From the NCBI RefSeq assembly GCF_006345805.1, contig NW_021824761.1, positions 1-17,459 of the forward strand: a stretch of DNA of 17,459 nt, in the 5' to 3' direction. Both the position numbers and the translations under genes were made by a program. Shown piece after piece: positions 1 to 9,569 of this stretch (the stretch's first letter is position 1; each line of letters starts with the position of its first letter). The notes under the pieces are model-generated. The model was given only the letters and a program-made list of their open reading frames with translations, was not told the DNA's origin and did not search any database. This DNA comes from Octopus sinensis. Lineage: Eukaryota.

Positions 1-305
1 CTATGACGATTTGAAGTGGAAAATACGAAGGTTTTGGTCAATGAAGAGAGGAGACGTGATGCACTAAGAACAATCAGCACTCAACTAACAACATGGCTGA
101 AAAAGATTGGTGCAAGTGTGAAAGTAGAACACCTACAACAATCGGCATTGCTTGGAACTGCAAGAATCCTTTGCAGGGTCCTTGAAGCATGACCAGTAAA
201 CAAGTGTCACGTTAGTCTGCTGGCTGTGGACAGCTGAGTCTTTTCCATCATACCCAGCAAAATAATATTCATTCATCACATAATAACAACAACAGCAACA
301 AACAA

Positions 306-349
<44 letters not shown>
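1..349 (+). mobile_element. 3' end of a restriction-like-endonuclease (R4/Dong-like) non-LTR retrotransposon, decayed, with (TAA/CAA)n tail
   Basis: My translation gives YDDLKWKIRRFWSMKRGDV from nt 2. After a frameshift or small deletion near nt 57-61 it continues ALRTISTQLTTWLKKIGASVKVEHLQQSALLGTARILCRVLEA* (stop 190-192). This matches the C-terminus of RLE-type R4/Dong ORFs (..LQK.ALLGTARILR.VL). A ~90-nt UTR and a (CAA)n/(TAA)n tract follow at ~280-349. Family assigned from recalled motifs. Confidence 0.8.
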
Positions 350-370
350 GACTATAATAACAAAGGTGAT

Positions 371-563
371 AATAATAATAGGCCTTTCCCTTATAGGCAC
401 AATTTGAAGGGGAGGGATTAAGTCGGTTACATCGACCCCAGTGTTCAACAGCAACTCATTTTATCGACCCCGAGAGAATGAAAAGTAAAGTCGACCTCGG
501 GAGGATTTGAACTCAGAACAGAAGAAATAACGCGAAGCATTTTGTTCGGCATGCTAAAGATTT
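371..563 (-). mobile_element. tRNA-derived SINE (family D), 5'-eroded, (TTA)n tail
   Basis: The minus strand has Pol III B box GAGTTCAAATCC (503-514), then ..GAGGTCGACTTTACTTTTCATTCTCTCGGGGTCGATAAAATGAGTT..CACTGGGGTCGATGTAACCGACT, and ends GTGCCTATAAGGGAAAGGCCTATTATTATT. It resembles an abundant octopus SINE with a Meta-like central domain (recall, unverified). Confidence 0.75.
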
Positions 564-588
564 ACGTATATATATACATAGAAAACAC

Positions 589-619
<31 letters not shown>

Positions 620-726
620 ACACACACACACACACACGCATATACATGACACGCACACACAGATATGTATGTCTGTGTGCATAATATATATATATATATT
701 ATATATATATATATATATTATATATA

Positions 727-770
<44 letters not shown>

Positions 771-790
771 ATAAATATACACACACACAC
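564..790. repeat. compound (TA)n/(CA)n microsatellite
   Basis: Directly visible dinucleotide tracts. Confidence 0.95.
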
Positions 791-1122
791 AAGAGTCAAG
801 GAATGGAGTAGATAAGATCCAGGTTACATATGTCTCATAGCAAGCGGAACCTCGGAAGTGGTAAATACCCGCTGGCTACTCTTCAGGCTAAGGATATCTT
901 GATTAAATGAAAGTTTACATTTGTCACAAGGAGCTGCATGTTAACACATGGAAGATTAATTCAGAATGTGTAGAGAGCACAGGAGGAGGGGAGAGCATAA
1001 ATGGAGAGAGGGATTAGGAATAGGAGAAGGAAAAAAAGAAAGAAAAAGCATAAGGGAGTGAGAAGAATGAGGAATTTAAGGAAGGTCATTTGATTGGTTG
1101 TATTCAATAGGGCTGTCTTTCT

Positions 1123-1219
1123 TTGTCTCTCTCTCTATCTATCTATCTATCTATCTATCTGTCTATCTATCTATCTATCTATCTATCCATCCATCCATCC
1201 ATCCATCCAACCATCCATC

Positions 1220-1291
<72 letters not shown>

Positions 1292-1345
1292 GTCCATCTA
1301 TCTCTTTATATATATATATTTATTTAACTCTTTATATATATAGGA
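1123..1345. repeat. (ATCT)n/(ATCC)n/(TA)n compound microsatellite
   Basis: Directly visible tetranucleotide arrays; they generate the 'YLSI' ORFs. Confidence 0.95.
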
Positions 1346-1987
1346 ATGTATCAATGTATCTATGTATATATACGTATAAATGTGTCTGTATGTGTATGTT
1401 ACACATCCACATATACATATTTTTCATAGATATATGCATGTATCTACATATATATATAAAAGTGTGTGTGTGTTCCTGTGTCCTGCAGGCGTTCGTGCGT
1501 TTCTGTTGTGCACATATGCACACATATATACAATACGTACAAATGCACATATACATATACACAAATGCACATGCGCACGTATGCAACTCTGTTCGTGCTT
1601 CCATTTTACATCCCACTTCAACGAAACGGATCACCGACGATTTTCTCTGACTCAATTTGTGCGAAACATTTACGAACGTGCTCAATTGGGTCATTTGGTA
1701 AACTTTATTGACAGCTTCCATGATAGTTTGTTCAATTTTTCAACCAGACGATACGATTTCTATCAAGTTTCATTGAAATTGAAGGATCGTCTGCTAATCA
1801 AACTTGTTTAACTAAGCGTCCCTTCATTGATTTCTGTCAGGTTGAAAATTTCTTTGTGCCGCGTCTTTGGACATCGGAATTGATGTACAAAGTTACTTGG
1901 ACAGTGTTTTCATGGAATCTTGTCTTTCTCTTACAATTTTCGTCGTCTCTATTCGTAAATGTATCCGCGATTTTAAATTTATGTAAC

Positions 1988-2172
1988 TTCTTTTACTTGT
2001 TTTAATCACTGGACTGTGGCCGTGCTGGAGCACACGGTCTTGAATGACTTTAGTCAAACAAATGGATCCCAGTGCGTCTCTTTAACTTTTTAAAATCTGG
2101 TACCAATTGTATTAGTTTCTTTTGCCGACCGGCTAACGTACAGGGACGTAATCAAACACAGCTTGTACAACA
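1988..2172 (-). mobile_element. CORE-type SINE family A, 3' half (diverged)
   Basis: TTTTACTTGTTTTAATCACTGGACTGTGGCCGTGCTGGAGCAC..TTTTGCCGACCGGCTAACGTACAGGGACGTAA aligns with the copies at 4853-5070, 10513-10729 (reverse complement) and 13623-13815. Confidence 0.8.
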
Positions 2173-2206
2173 TAGATACAAAGGTACACAAAGGCGGACG
2201 TATACA

Positions 2207-2278
2207 ACATACATACATACATACATACATACATACATACATACATACATACATACATACATACATACATACATACAT
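2207..2278. repeat. (ACAT)n microsatellite
   Basis: Directly visible perfect array. Confidence 0.95.
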
Positions 2279-2279
2279 A

Positions 2280-2613
2280 ACAAATGAAAGCCAGAAGATG
2301 AAATATACGAGAATTTATTATTAATCACGACAATTGTTTCGACACATCAAGCATCAATTTCTCTTGGGTGGGATACTCAACAACTGGTTCAGGAGCATCC
2401 GGTGGAGCATCCGGTATATTTCGTTGGGTGATAGATAAATACAAACAACTCGTTAAAACGACTGTTCCGCAATGTAACTGTCCGTTTTGTAGTGAGAAAA
2501 AAACCCCAGCCAGATGGAGGAAAAAATCTTCATATATATAGAAGATCAAAAATAAAATTGCAGAAGACAAAAAGAGAAACGAACACGTAATCCATCTTTT
2601 GTCTTTCATTTGT
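2280..2613. mobile_element. 334-bp segment bounded by ~23-bp imperfect inverted repeats and flanking TA (MITE-like or inverted element pair)
   Basis: ATAACAAATGAAAG (2277-2290) is the exact reverse complement of CTTTCATTTGTTAT (2603-2616), and pairing continues inward at 9/12. TA lies at 2278-2279 and 2614-2615. Confidence 0.5.
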
Positions 2614-2699
2614 TATATACCTAACGATCACTCTAAAAGTGACCGTACTTACCAGTAAGCTACCAGGGTGTAAACCATTCGTTTTATATCCATTGATAA

Positions 2700-2704
2700 T
2701 ATAG

Positions 2705-2765
<61 letters not shown>

Positions 2766-2772
2766 TGTATAT

Positions 2773-2842
<70 letters not shown>

Positions 2843-2912
2843 TATATGTATAATATATCTATATATAATATAATTATATATATATATATATATTATATGA
2901 TATATATATATA
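2700..2912. repeat. (TA)n microsatellite
   Basis: Directly visible. Confidence 0.95.
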
Positions 2913-3008
2913 TGCTTTATTTTAAAGCAGCAGAAATATATAAAAAGATTACTCAGAGTTTGACCTTCCGTTCGTCGGGACAGTTTGTTAAAATAGAATC
3001 GAAATAAC
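2911..3008 (-). mobile_element. short interspersed repeat with degenerate type I hammerhead motif, copy 1
   Basis: Homologous to 14078-14176. Minus strand reads AAACTGT-C-CCGACGA-ACGGAAGGT-CAAA-CTCTGAG-TA, then AATAAA and (TA)n. Confidence 0.65.
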
Positions 3009-3119
3009 AATTTGATCAAAAACTAGCTAAAGGAACCCCTTTAAAAATGTTGTTGTATTATCAGATCTAGACATGTTTTTATATGAATATTGTATTGGCA
3101 TGCAACAACATTTTTAAGG

Positions 3120-3168
3120 TGTATCTTATATCTATCTATCTATCTATCTATTATCTATTATCTATCTA

Positions 3169-3214
<46 letters not shown>

Positions 3215-3215
3215 A
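3120..3215. repeat. (ATCT)n microsatellite
   Basis: Directly visible. Confidence 0.9.
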
Positions 3216-3589
3216 CATGCTATGGGAATAGTGGATACACGGTATTATTTATAGCTTCATGTACTTCGAGATCCACTACTCCCCCCAAAAATCAATATTT
3301 CACGATCTCTCGAATGGCTATGAATTCTTATGACGTGAACAATATACATATATAGATACATACAAAAATATATGTATATACATCTTTCCATGTATACAAA
3401 CGCGTGTGTATATATACACACACACACACACGCATACACATATAGATATAGCTGTTTAAGTAATTTTTCTAAATCGATCTTGTTTGAACATAACGAAAAG
3501 AGAGAGGGAGAGATAATGTAGAGGGGGGAACATTCAGCAGTAATCGATAAGTGATTTATCTCCTCCCCCCATCTTTCTTTACCACTCCT

Positions 3590-3920
3590 CTCCAAACCAC
3601 CCACCACCACCACCACCAATCCATTTTGTCAACCCTCTCACCTTCCCTCCTCGCCCTTTCATTTTTCTCTCTCCTCCAACTTGCCTCACCACCACCGCCG
3701 CCGCCACCACCACCACCACCACAACAACCAATACCACCACCACCACCACCACCACCATTACCACCACCACCACAACCTCTACCACCACCACGACCACCTC
3801 CACCACCACCATCACCACCACCACCACAACCTCTACCACCATCACGACAACCTCCACCACCACCTCTACCACCACGACAACCACCACAATCATCACCACC
3901 ACCAACACCACCACCACCTA
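3590..3920. repeat. (CAC/CAA)n trinucleotide tract with internal 54-bp duplication
   Basis: Directly visible; CACAACCTCTACCACCA.. recurs at 3771 and 3825. Confidence 0.9.
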
Positions 3921-4214
3921 TACCATCCGCTTCTCTTGCTCAAAATAACCTGATTTGGTAATTGTTCAAGGTACAAGTACTCGACTACATTATATTACGC
4001 CATATTACGAATTATTGGGGTTATTTAAAAAAATAAAAATTTGTTTAGGGTAAGAGTGTCTGTGTGTGAGGGGGGAGGGGCATGGGGGGAGGGGAAGGAG
4101 GTTACGTGTTGATTTTTATGTATTTTTTATATTTATTAATTATTTTCTTTTATTTTTTTTGTATGTGTATGGTTGAGGTTGCGTAGTGTTTTTGCTGAGA
4201 GTTCTGTATTAAAT

Positions 4215-4279
4215 CTTTTAGCTTTTACTTGTTTTCAGTCATTAGCGTGCGGCCATGCTGGGGCACCGCCTTGAAGAAT
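4215..4279 (-). mobile_element. SINE family A, 3' terminal fragment
   Basis: TTTTACTTGTTTTCAGTCATTAGCGTGCGGCCATGCTGGGGCACCGCCTTGAAGAA matches the other family A tails. Confidence 0.8.
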
Positions 4280-4386
4280 ATTTATTTTGTTTTACTTTTG
4301 TATGCTATGCGTATGACCCTTCTTTTTCAGTGTTACTTTCTTTGTATTGTCCTCCTCATCCTTCGCCCTTGTGGCAAATAAACGAA

Positions 4387-4401
4387 ATCATCATCATCAT
4401 C

Positions 4402-4471
<70 letters not shown>

Positions 4472-4473
4472 CT

Positions 4474-4510
<37 letters not shown>

Positions 4511-4518
4511 CCAACACC

Positions 4519-4549
<31 letters not shown>

Positions 4550-4735
4550 CCGTCATCATCATCACCATCATCATCATCACCTTCATCATCATCATCATCG
4601 TCATCATCATCTCATCATCATCATCATCACCATCATCATCACCATCATCATCATCACATCATCATCATCATCATCATCACCATCACCATCACCATCACTA
4701 TCATCATCATCATCATCACCATCATCATCATCATC

Positions 4736-4771
<36 letters not shown>
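4387..4771. repeat. long (CAT)n trinucleotide tract
   Basis: Directly visible, ~385 bp with CAC interruptions. Confidence 0.97.
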
Positions 4772-4852
4772 TCTATGAGTTGTATTAATGTCTTTGCTGT
4801 TGTTGCTGTTGCTGTTGTTGTTGTCTGTTTGAGTGTTTGTATCTCTGTTACC

Positions 4853-5070
4853 TTTTATCTTCTACTTGTGTCAGTCATTATACTGCGCCCATGCTGGGGC
4901 ACCGCCCATGAAGAATAATTCTCGGCGAACGCATTGGTCCGGTACTTTCGTTTGTTGTAAAGCCTCGTACTTTGTCTATTGGTCACTTTGCCAAAGCACA
5001 AAGTTACAGGGATGTCAATACACCAACACCGGCTATCAAGTGGTGGTGGGATGACGCAGATACAAAGACA
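4853..5070 (-). mobile_element. SINE family A, 3' half
   Basis: CTACTTGTGTCAGTCATTATACTGCGCCCATGCTGGGGCACCGCC..AAGTTACAGGGATGTCAATACACCAACACCGGCTATCAAGTGGTGGTGG aligns with 13623-13815. Confidence 0.8.
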
Positions 5071-5442
5071 CACACACATTAACAGACACACACACATTAA
5101 CAGACACACACACACACACATTAACAGACACACATACACACAAACACGCAAAATACACATACAAATACATATACATAAACACACACACACAAACGCACAC
5201 ACACAAAAACGCTCACACACAAATGCTCAGACACAAACACACTAACAAACACACATACAAACACTCACACAGAAACACACACACAGAGAAACATACACAA
5301 ACACACACACACAAACACACACACACGTACAACACAAAAAAACACACAGCAACACACAAACAGAAACACACAAACAGAAATACACACACAAACACACACA
5401 CATACACACACACACACACAAACACACACAAACACACACGCA
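5065..5442. repeat. degenerate CA-rich tract continuing from the SINE's internal microsatellite position
   Basis: Directly visible; units such as ACACACACATTAACAG and CACACAAA. Confidence 0.9.
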
Positions 5443-5455
5443 CTTATATATTATG

Positions 5456-5625
5456 TGGCAAAAATGAGTTTAAACTGTAATACAAAAGGGTTGGTTTTGT
5501 CACATTCTGTGTCCCCCTAAATCTCCCAGAGAACCACGCCATGGATATAAGCCTTTCACTTTAATTTCAAGAGCAGGCTGTTCCGTTGATCGGAACGACT
5601 CGTCGCCGCAACCGACGGAAGGCCA
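5456..5625 (+). mobile_element. SINE family C, 3' part (diverged)
   Basis: TTGTCACATTCTGTGTC..TTAATTTCAAGAGCAGGCTGTTCCGTTGATCGGA..CAACCGACGGAAGGCCA aligns with 10140-10310. Confidence 0.75.
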
Positions 5626-5709
5626 GTGCGTGTGTATTGCTGTGTGTGTTGCTGTACTGACGTATGTTTTGTGCGCGTTGATGCGGAATACAGTGTATTG
5701 CCGAGTGTA

Positions 5710-5893
5710 GATGATGATGATGATGACGATGGTAATGATGATGACGATGTTGATGATGACGATGATGATGATAACGACGACGACGACGACGACGATGATG
5801 ATGATGATGATGAACATGAAGATGATGACAATGATATTGATGACGATGATGATGGTGATGACGTCAACGACGACGACGATGATGATGATGATA

Positions 5894-5930
<37 letters not shown>

Positions 5931-6105
5931 CGATGATGATGATGACGATGATGATGATGACAATGATGATGATGATGATGATGATGACGATGATGACGAC
6001 GACGACGACGTTGATGATGATTTTGATGATGACGATAAAGATAATGAGGATGAAGATGATGACGACGACGACGACGACGACGACGACGATGATGATGATG
6101 ATGAT
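5710..6105. repeat. long (GAT/GAC)n trinucleotide tract
   Basis: Directly visible; source of the poly-D, poly-M and poly-S ORFs. Confidence 0.97.
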
Positions 6106-6354
6106 AATTGTCATCATTATCTTCAACGTCGTCGTTCCTCTTCCCCTCCCCTTCATCCTCCCCTACTATTTCCTCACCCTTCTAACCACCACCATAAACA
6201 TTTATTTTCGAATCTTATTTCATTTCGTATTTTCCTTTCATTTTTGTTTTTCTTTTTATGTTCTCAGATCTCTGTCTGACGAAAATGTCACAATTGGAAA
6301 ACATTGGAGAAGGAAGAAATTTCTTAAATGTATGCGCTCTGGAAGTACGTGCTT

Positions 6355-6355
6355 G

Positions 6356-6403
<48 letters not shown>

Positions 6404-6489
6404 TGTATGCGTTCGTGTATATTTTCATGTGTCACTACGTGTGTGTGTTGAGTGTGGGTTGATGTGGCCTTCTGTCTATGTATAATATA

Positions 6490-6535
<46 letters not shown>

Positions 6536-6548
6536 ACACACATACATG

Positions 6549-6607
<59 letters not shown>

Positions 6608-6609
6608 AT

Positions 6610-6666
<57 letters not shown>

Positions 6667-6675
6667 ATATCTATC

Positions 6676-6706
<31 letters not shown>

Positions 6707-6764
6707 CATACATGTATATATATATGAAATTGAAATACATACATACTTACACACACATCTCTCC

Positions 6765-6830
<66 letters not shown>
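6355..6830. repeat. compound (TG)n, (TA)n, (ATCT)n, (CT)n microsatellites
   Basis: Directly visible. Confidence 0.9.
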
Positions 6831-6834
<4 letters not shown>

Positions 6835-7066
6835 GCACGGACAATGGTGAAATCTTTTATTTTCACTTTGGTATTCATATGTGTGCTGTTTAGGTGAGTT
6901 TCAGTAAGGATAAAGAAAGGGAAGCAATGTGTCGTTTCGGCAAGCCAACTCTCTACGTATGGGATCTTCTATTTTGGGGCAATGAGTGATGGGTTGATAC
7001 CTCGTACATTTAACAGGAATGTCGATGTAAGTGTAGTTTGATGTTTGCATTGTTCTAAGTTATGCT

Positions 7067-7540
7067 GTGAGTCAATGGGCAGACCAAAACAAAATGCAAC
7101 TAAACGAGGGAAAATTTGAGCTGATGCATTTTGGAAGAAAGTCTATACTAAAACAGCCATACTCTCTTCCTTCAGAGGAACCGCTCATGGCATCTAATAA
7201 TATCAGAGACCTGGGTGTAATTGTTGATAACAATCTCTGTTGGAGTGCCCACATCAACAATAAGGTCGATATAGCTCGTAGGATGAGCTCCTGGATCTTG
7301 AGAACCTTCCGGTCCAGAGAACAAGGTGTCATCATTCCACTTTTCTCCTCCTTTGTACGGCCACATCTTGAATACTGCTGCCTCTTGTGGTCTCCCCATA
7401 CAAAACAAAACATCTCGAGGATTGAATCACCCTAGAGGGCACTCACTAAACGAATTGAAGGCATGACTGATCTCAATTACTGGGACCACCTTAAAGCCTT
7501 GAAACTCTACTCTCTCCAGCGCCGCTGCGAGCGGTACAGC
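7067..7540 (+). pseudogene. CR1-group LINE ORF2 fragment (C-terminal part of RT and thumb region), one in-frame stop
   Basis: WADQNKMQLNEGKFELMHFG..RDLGVIVDNNLCWSAHI..ILRTFRSR..LFSSFVRPHLEYCCLLWSPH..IESP*RALTKRIEGMTDLNYWDHLKALKLYSLQRRCERY. These are the CR1-type motifs DLGV, RPHLEY, WSP and L.LYSL.RRRER. The stop at 7433-7435 replaces the expected Q of 'QR'. Confidence 0.9.
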
Positions 7541-7802
7541 ATTGCCCAAACGACTTGAACATTAGTTTCAAAGTTGAGCACAAAAGATTGTCTGCTTTAG
7601 ACCGCTATCCGTTATCGAGCCGGTCAGCTTGTGGGTCTCAGGACTTCAGTAGGAATCTCCTGAAGTGTAAGCAGGGTCTGAAGACTTCCGCCTTGGACTT
7701 TAAAATGTTCCCCGTCTGCACAGCTTACAACGCTTGCTCCCGGGATATATTTACGAAAGTATTCCATGGGCTTTATTGAATTGCCTACGTTAAAAAAATC
7801 AA

Positions 7803-8200
7803 CAAAGAGCAGTCGTTGAGTGAATACTTCCCTATCGCTCTTCAGCATAAGAGACGTGAAAAGGAGCTTGGTGGTACATACACGATAATGCTTTGCGCAG
7901 TTCTCAATCGTTCGTGGTAGCAACACCTTACAAAGCAGTGACAATATAGCAGGCTTCCTCTCATAACCTCGGTAGTCAGAGAAAGAACACATTATGCAGG
8001 GCATTGCTGGAAAAGCAAGGGTGAAATATCCAGGGATCTCATTCTCTGGAAACCTACACGTAGATAAACAGATGTGAGCAAATGAAGAAGAGCACATATC
8101 AATGAGTTTGAAGAAAATACTGGACATTAAATGGAAGATATGGTGATTGCAACGGAGGGTTGGGATACCTGACGAGGAGGATAGGCATTGGTTTGGGCAC
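7803..8200 (+). pseudogene. RTE-group LINE ORF C-terminal fragment, many stops and frameshifts
   Basis: Plus-strand translation: RAVVE*ILPY..KRREKELGGTYTIMLCAVLNRSW*QHLTKQ*QYSRLPLITSVVRERTHYAGHCWKSKGEISRDLILWKPT..ENTGH*MED...GWDT. This matches RTE/RTEX-type C-termini (LDG.YTRMLR..LN.SW..H.T...LY..LP.I...IR.RRL..AGHC.RS). A degenerate (GATA/GATT)n tail follows at 8221-8262. Confidence 0.85.
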
Positions 8201-8261
8201 ATAGCTTAACCAGAAAGCTGGATTGATAGACAGATAGAGTTATCGATCGATAGATTGATTG

Positions 8262-8603
8262 AGTGAACTGCAAACATCGTTATATGCATTAAATGCCTTT
8301 TAGTCAAGAGTGGGCAGGAGGATAAAATCCATGTATCAATCAGTTATCAATTTCCTGCTGTGTAACCAAAGTTTGGATACGTCCATCTTGTAGTTCTCTT
8401 CTTCTGAAAGAGGGTTTGCCACCTTCACCTGTTTAACCTTGATAAACGCTCTTGGAAAAACATTCGATGCATTTGTTGTCTTCTACGAGAGTTGAATTCC
8501 TTTTGATAACGCCCAAACCATCCGGTTTTTAATCACATTGAAAAGCTCTTTCTTCCTGTCAAGGTTTGGAAGCTCCGTTGTTATGATTCCGCCATTTTAT
8601 AGG
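8262..8603 (-). pseudogene. Helitron Rep-domain fragment, frameshifted
   Basis: Minus-strand pieces: IITTELPNLDRKKELFNVIKNRMV / GVIKRNSTLVEDNKC / FPRAFIK / TGEGGKPSFRRR..DG / EIDN / WILSSCPLLTK / AFNAY..VCSS. They are collinear with the recalled Helitron Rep region IISAEIPD...ELF..V...MIHGPCG..N.NSPCM.DGKC...FPR.F..ET..G.DGYP.YRRR...DN.WIVPY.PLL.K.FNAHINVE.C.S. Confidence 0.75.
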
Positions 8604-8789
8604 AGGTATGTACATCGAAATGATGTAAAAATATTATAGCGGGAAGAAGAAAACAAACGCCATAACCGTGTTTGCTTATGTACAATTATTTATTTCTACA
8701 TTCTCCCCCACGCTTAATGCATTGATCTGTCGGTCTCAAGAGTGGGTTAATTATTATTGAAAATAATATAAAAACATAGCGATTCCAAG

Positions 8790-9510
8790 TAATATAACAG
8801 AAGTTTGTGTGTTATAGGGAAAATGGCGGTTTAAAATGATATACACAGTAGTTCACGTGATTTATAAAATGGAAGATCAAAGGAATATATACAACAGTTC
8901 ATGTATTACAGAGAAAATTGCTCTTCACGTGTTATATAAACCTGGCAGTTCATGTGATATATAAAAATAACTGTTGAATTAATACACGCAGTCGTTGAAA
9001 GTAATACATAGTTTACATGATATAGGGAAGATGGTAGCTCAAAATTATCTGTGTAAAGACTAATGTGATAAATAAAATATAAAACTGGTAGCTCAAAATA
9101 AAATACACAACATCAGTTCGTATGATATATATATGAATGATATCTTAAAATATTATGCACACCAATACGTGTGATATGTGAAGATAGTAAAAGAAAATAA
9201 TACACAAAGCAATTTATGATATATATAAAATGGTAGCTCAAAATAACATACACTATAATTCGTATGGCATATATATATATATGAATGATATCTCAAAATA
9301 TTATGCGCGGCAATTCGTATGATATACGAAGATAGTAACTGGAAATAATACACACAGCAATTCATGGGGTATATAAAAATGGTAGTTCAAAAAAATACAT
9401 ACGCAATTCGTGTTGGATGTAAACGTATATACATCGAAGTTTTTATATAGCTCAATGTAGTATACACAGCAATTCATGAGGTGTATAAAATGGTTGCTAA
9501 ATGTAATATA
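8790..9510. repeat. AT-rich minisatellite, ~45-50 bp monomer with ~148-bp higher-order period
   Basis: TGGTAG(C/T)TCAAAA recurs at 9032, 9086, 9231 and 9380; GAATGATATC at 9135 and 9283; GAAGATAGTAA at 9180 and 9328. AAATGG recurs 46 bp apart near 8821 and 8867. Confidence 0.8.
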
Positions 9511-9511
9511 C

Positions 9512-9569
9512 AAAGCGCTGCCCTATTATGGCCAGAGCGCAATTACTGAAACAAAAAACAGATAAAAAT
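9512..9569 (+). mobile_element. SINE family A, 3' terminal fragment (diverged)
   Basis: AAAGCGCTGCCCTATTATGGCCAGAGCGCAATTACTGAAACAAAAAA resembles AAGACGGTTCTCCAGCATGGCCGCAGTCAAATGGCTGAAACAAATAAAA at 10660-10708. Confidence 0.55.

Noticed and set aside
860-928. Minus-strand CDKCKLSFNQ.. resembling a C2H2 zinc finger start
   Set aside because: Both histidines are missing and the spacing is off by one.
1634-1672. CCGACGA ... GAAAC on the plus strand as another hammerhead
   Set aside because: The intervening 22 nt do not form stem II, and there is no stem III/UH or stem I pairing.
5626-6279. Long poly-Asp, poly-Met and poly-Ile ORFs, and the poly-His/Pro/Thr/Val ORFs at 3551-3961, 4255-4788 and 16207-17062
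   Set aside because: They are translations of trinucleotide microsatellites, open in several frames and strands at once, with no complex coding sequence or splice support.
6285-6325. QLENIGEG resembling a kinase glycine-rich loop
   Set aside because: The third glycine and the following V.K pattern are absent.
7640-7720. Resemblance of ADGEHFKVQGGSLQTLLT to the metallo-beta-lactamase/LACTB2 segment DGD.IK.EGATLRVLYTPGH
   Set aside because: The essential PGH motif and metal-binding histidines are absent, and 18 residues is within chance.
7624-8202. 192-aa minus-strand ORF with RT-like fragments (FVDF.., DYRG..)
   Set aside because: Most of it is the antisense of the plus-strand RTE relic, whose motifs match far better. 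The RT-like words appear coincidental.
8790-9510. CRISPR-like array
   Set aside because: Eukaryotic context; the units are contiguous diverged monomers without unique spacers, and no cas genes are present.
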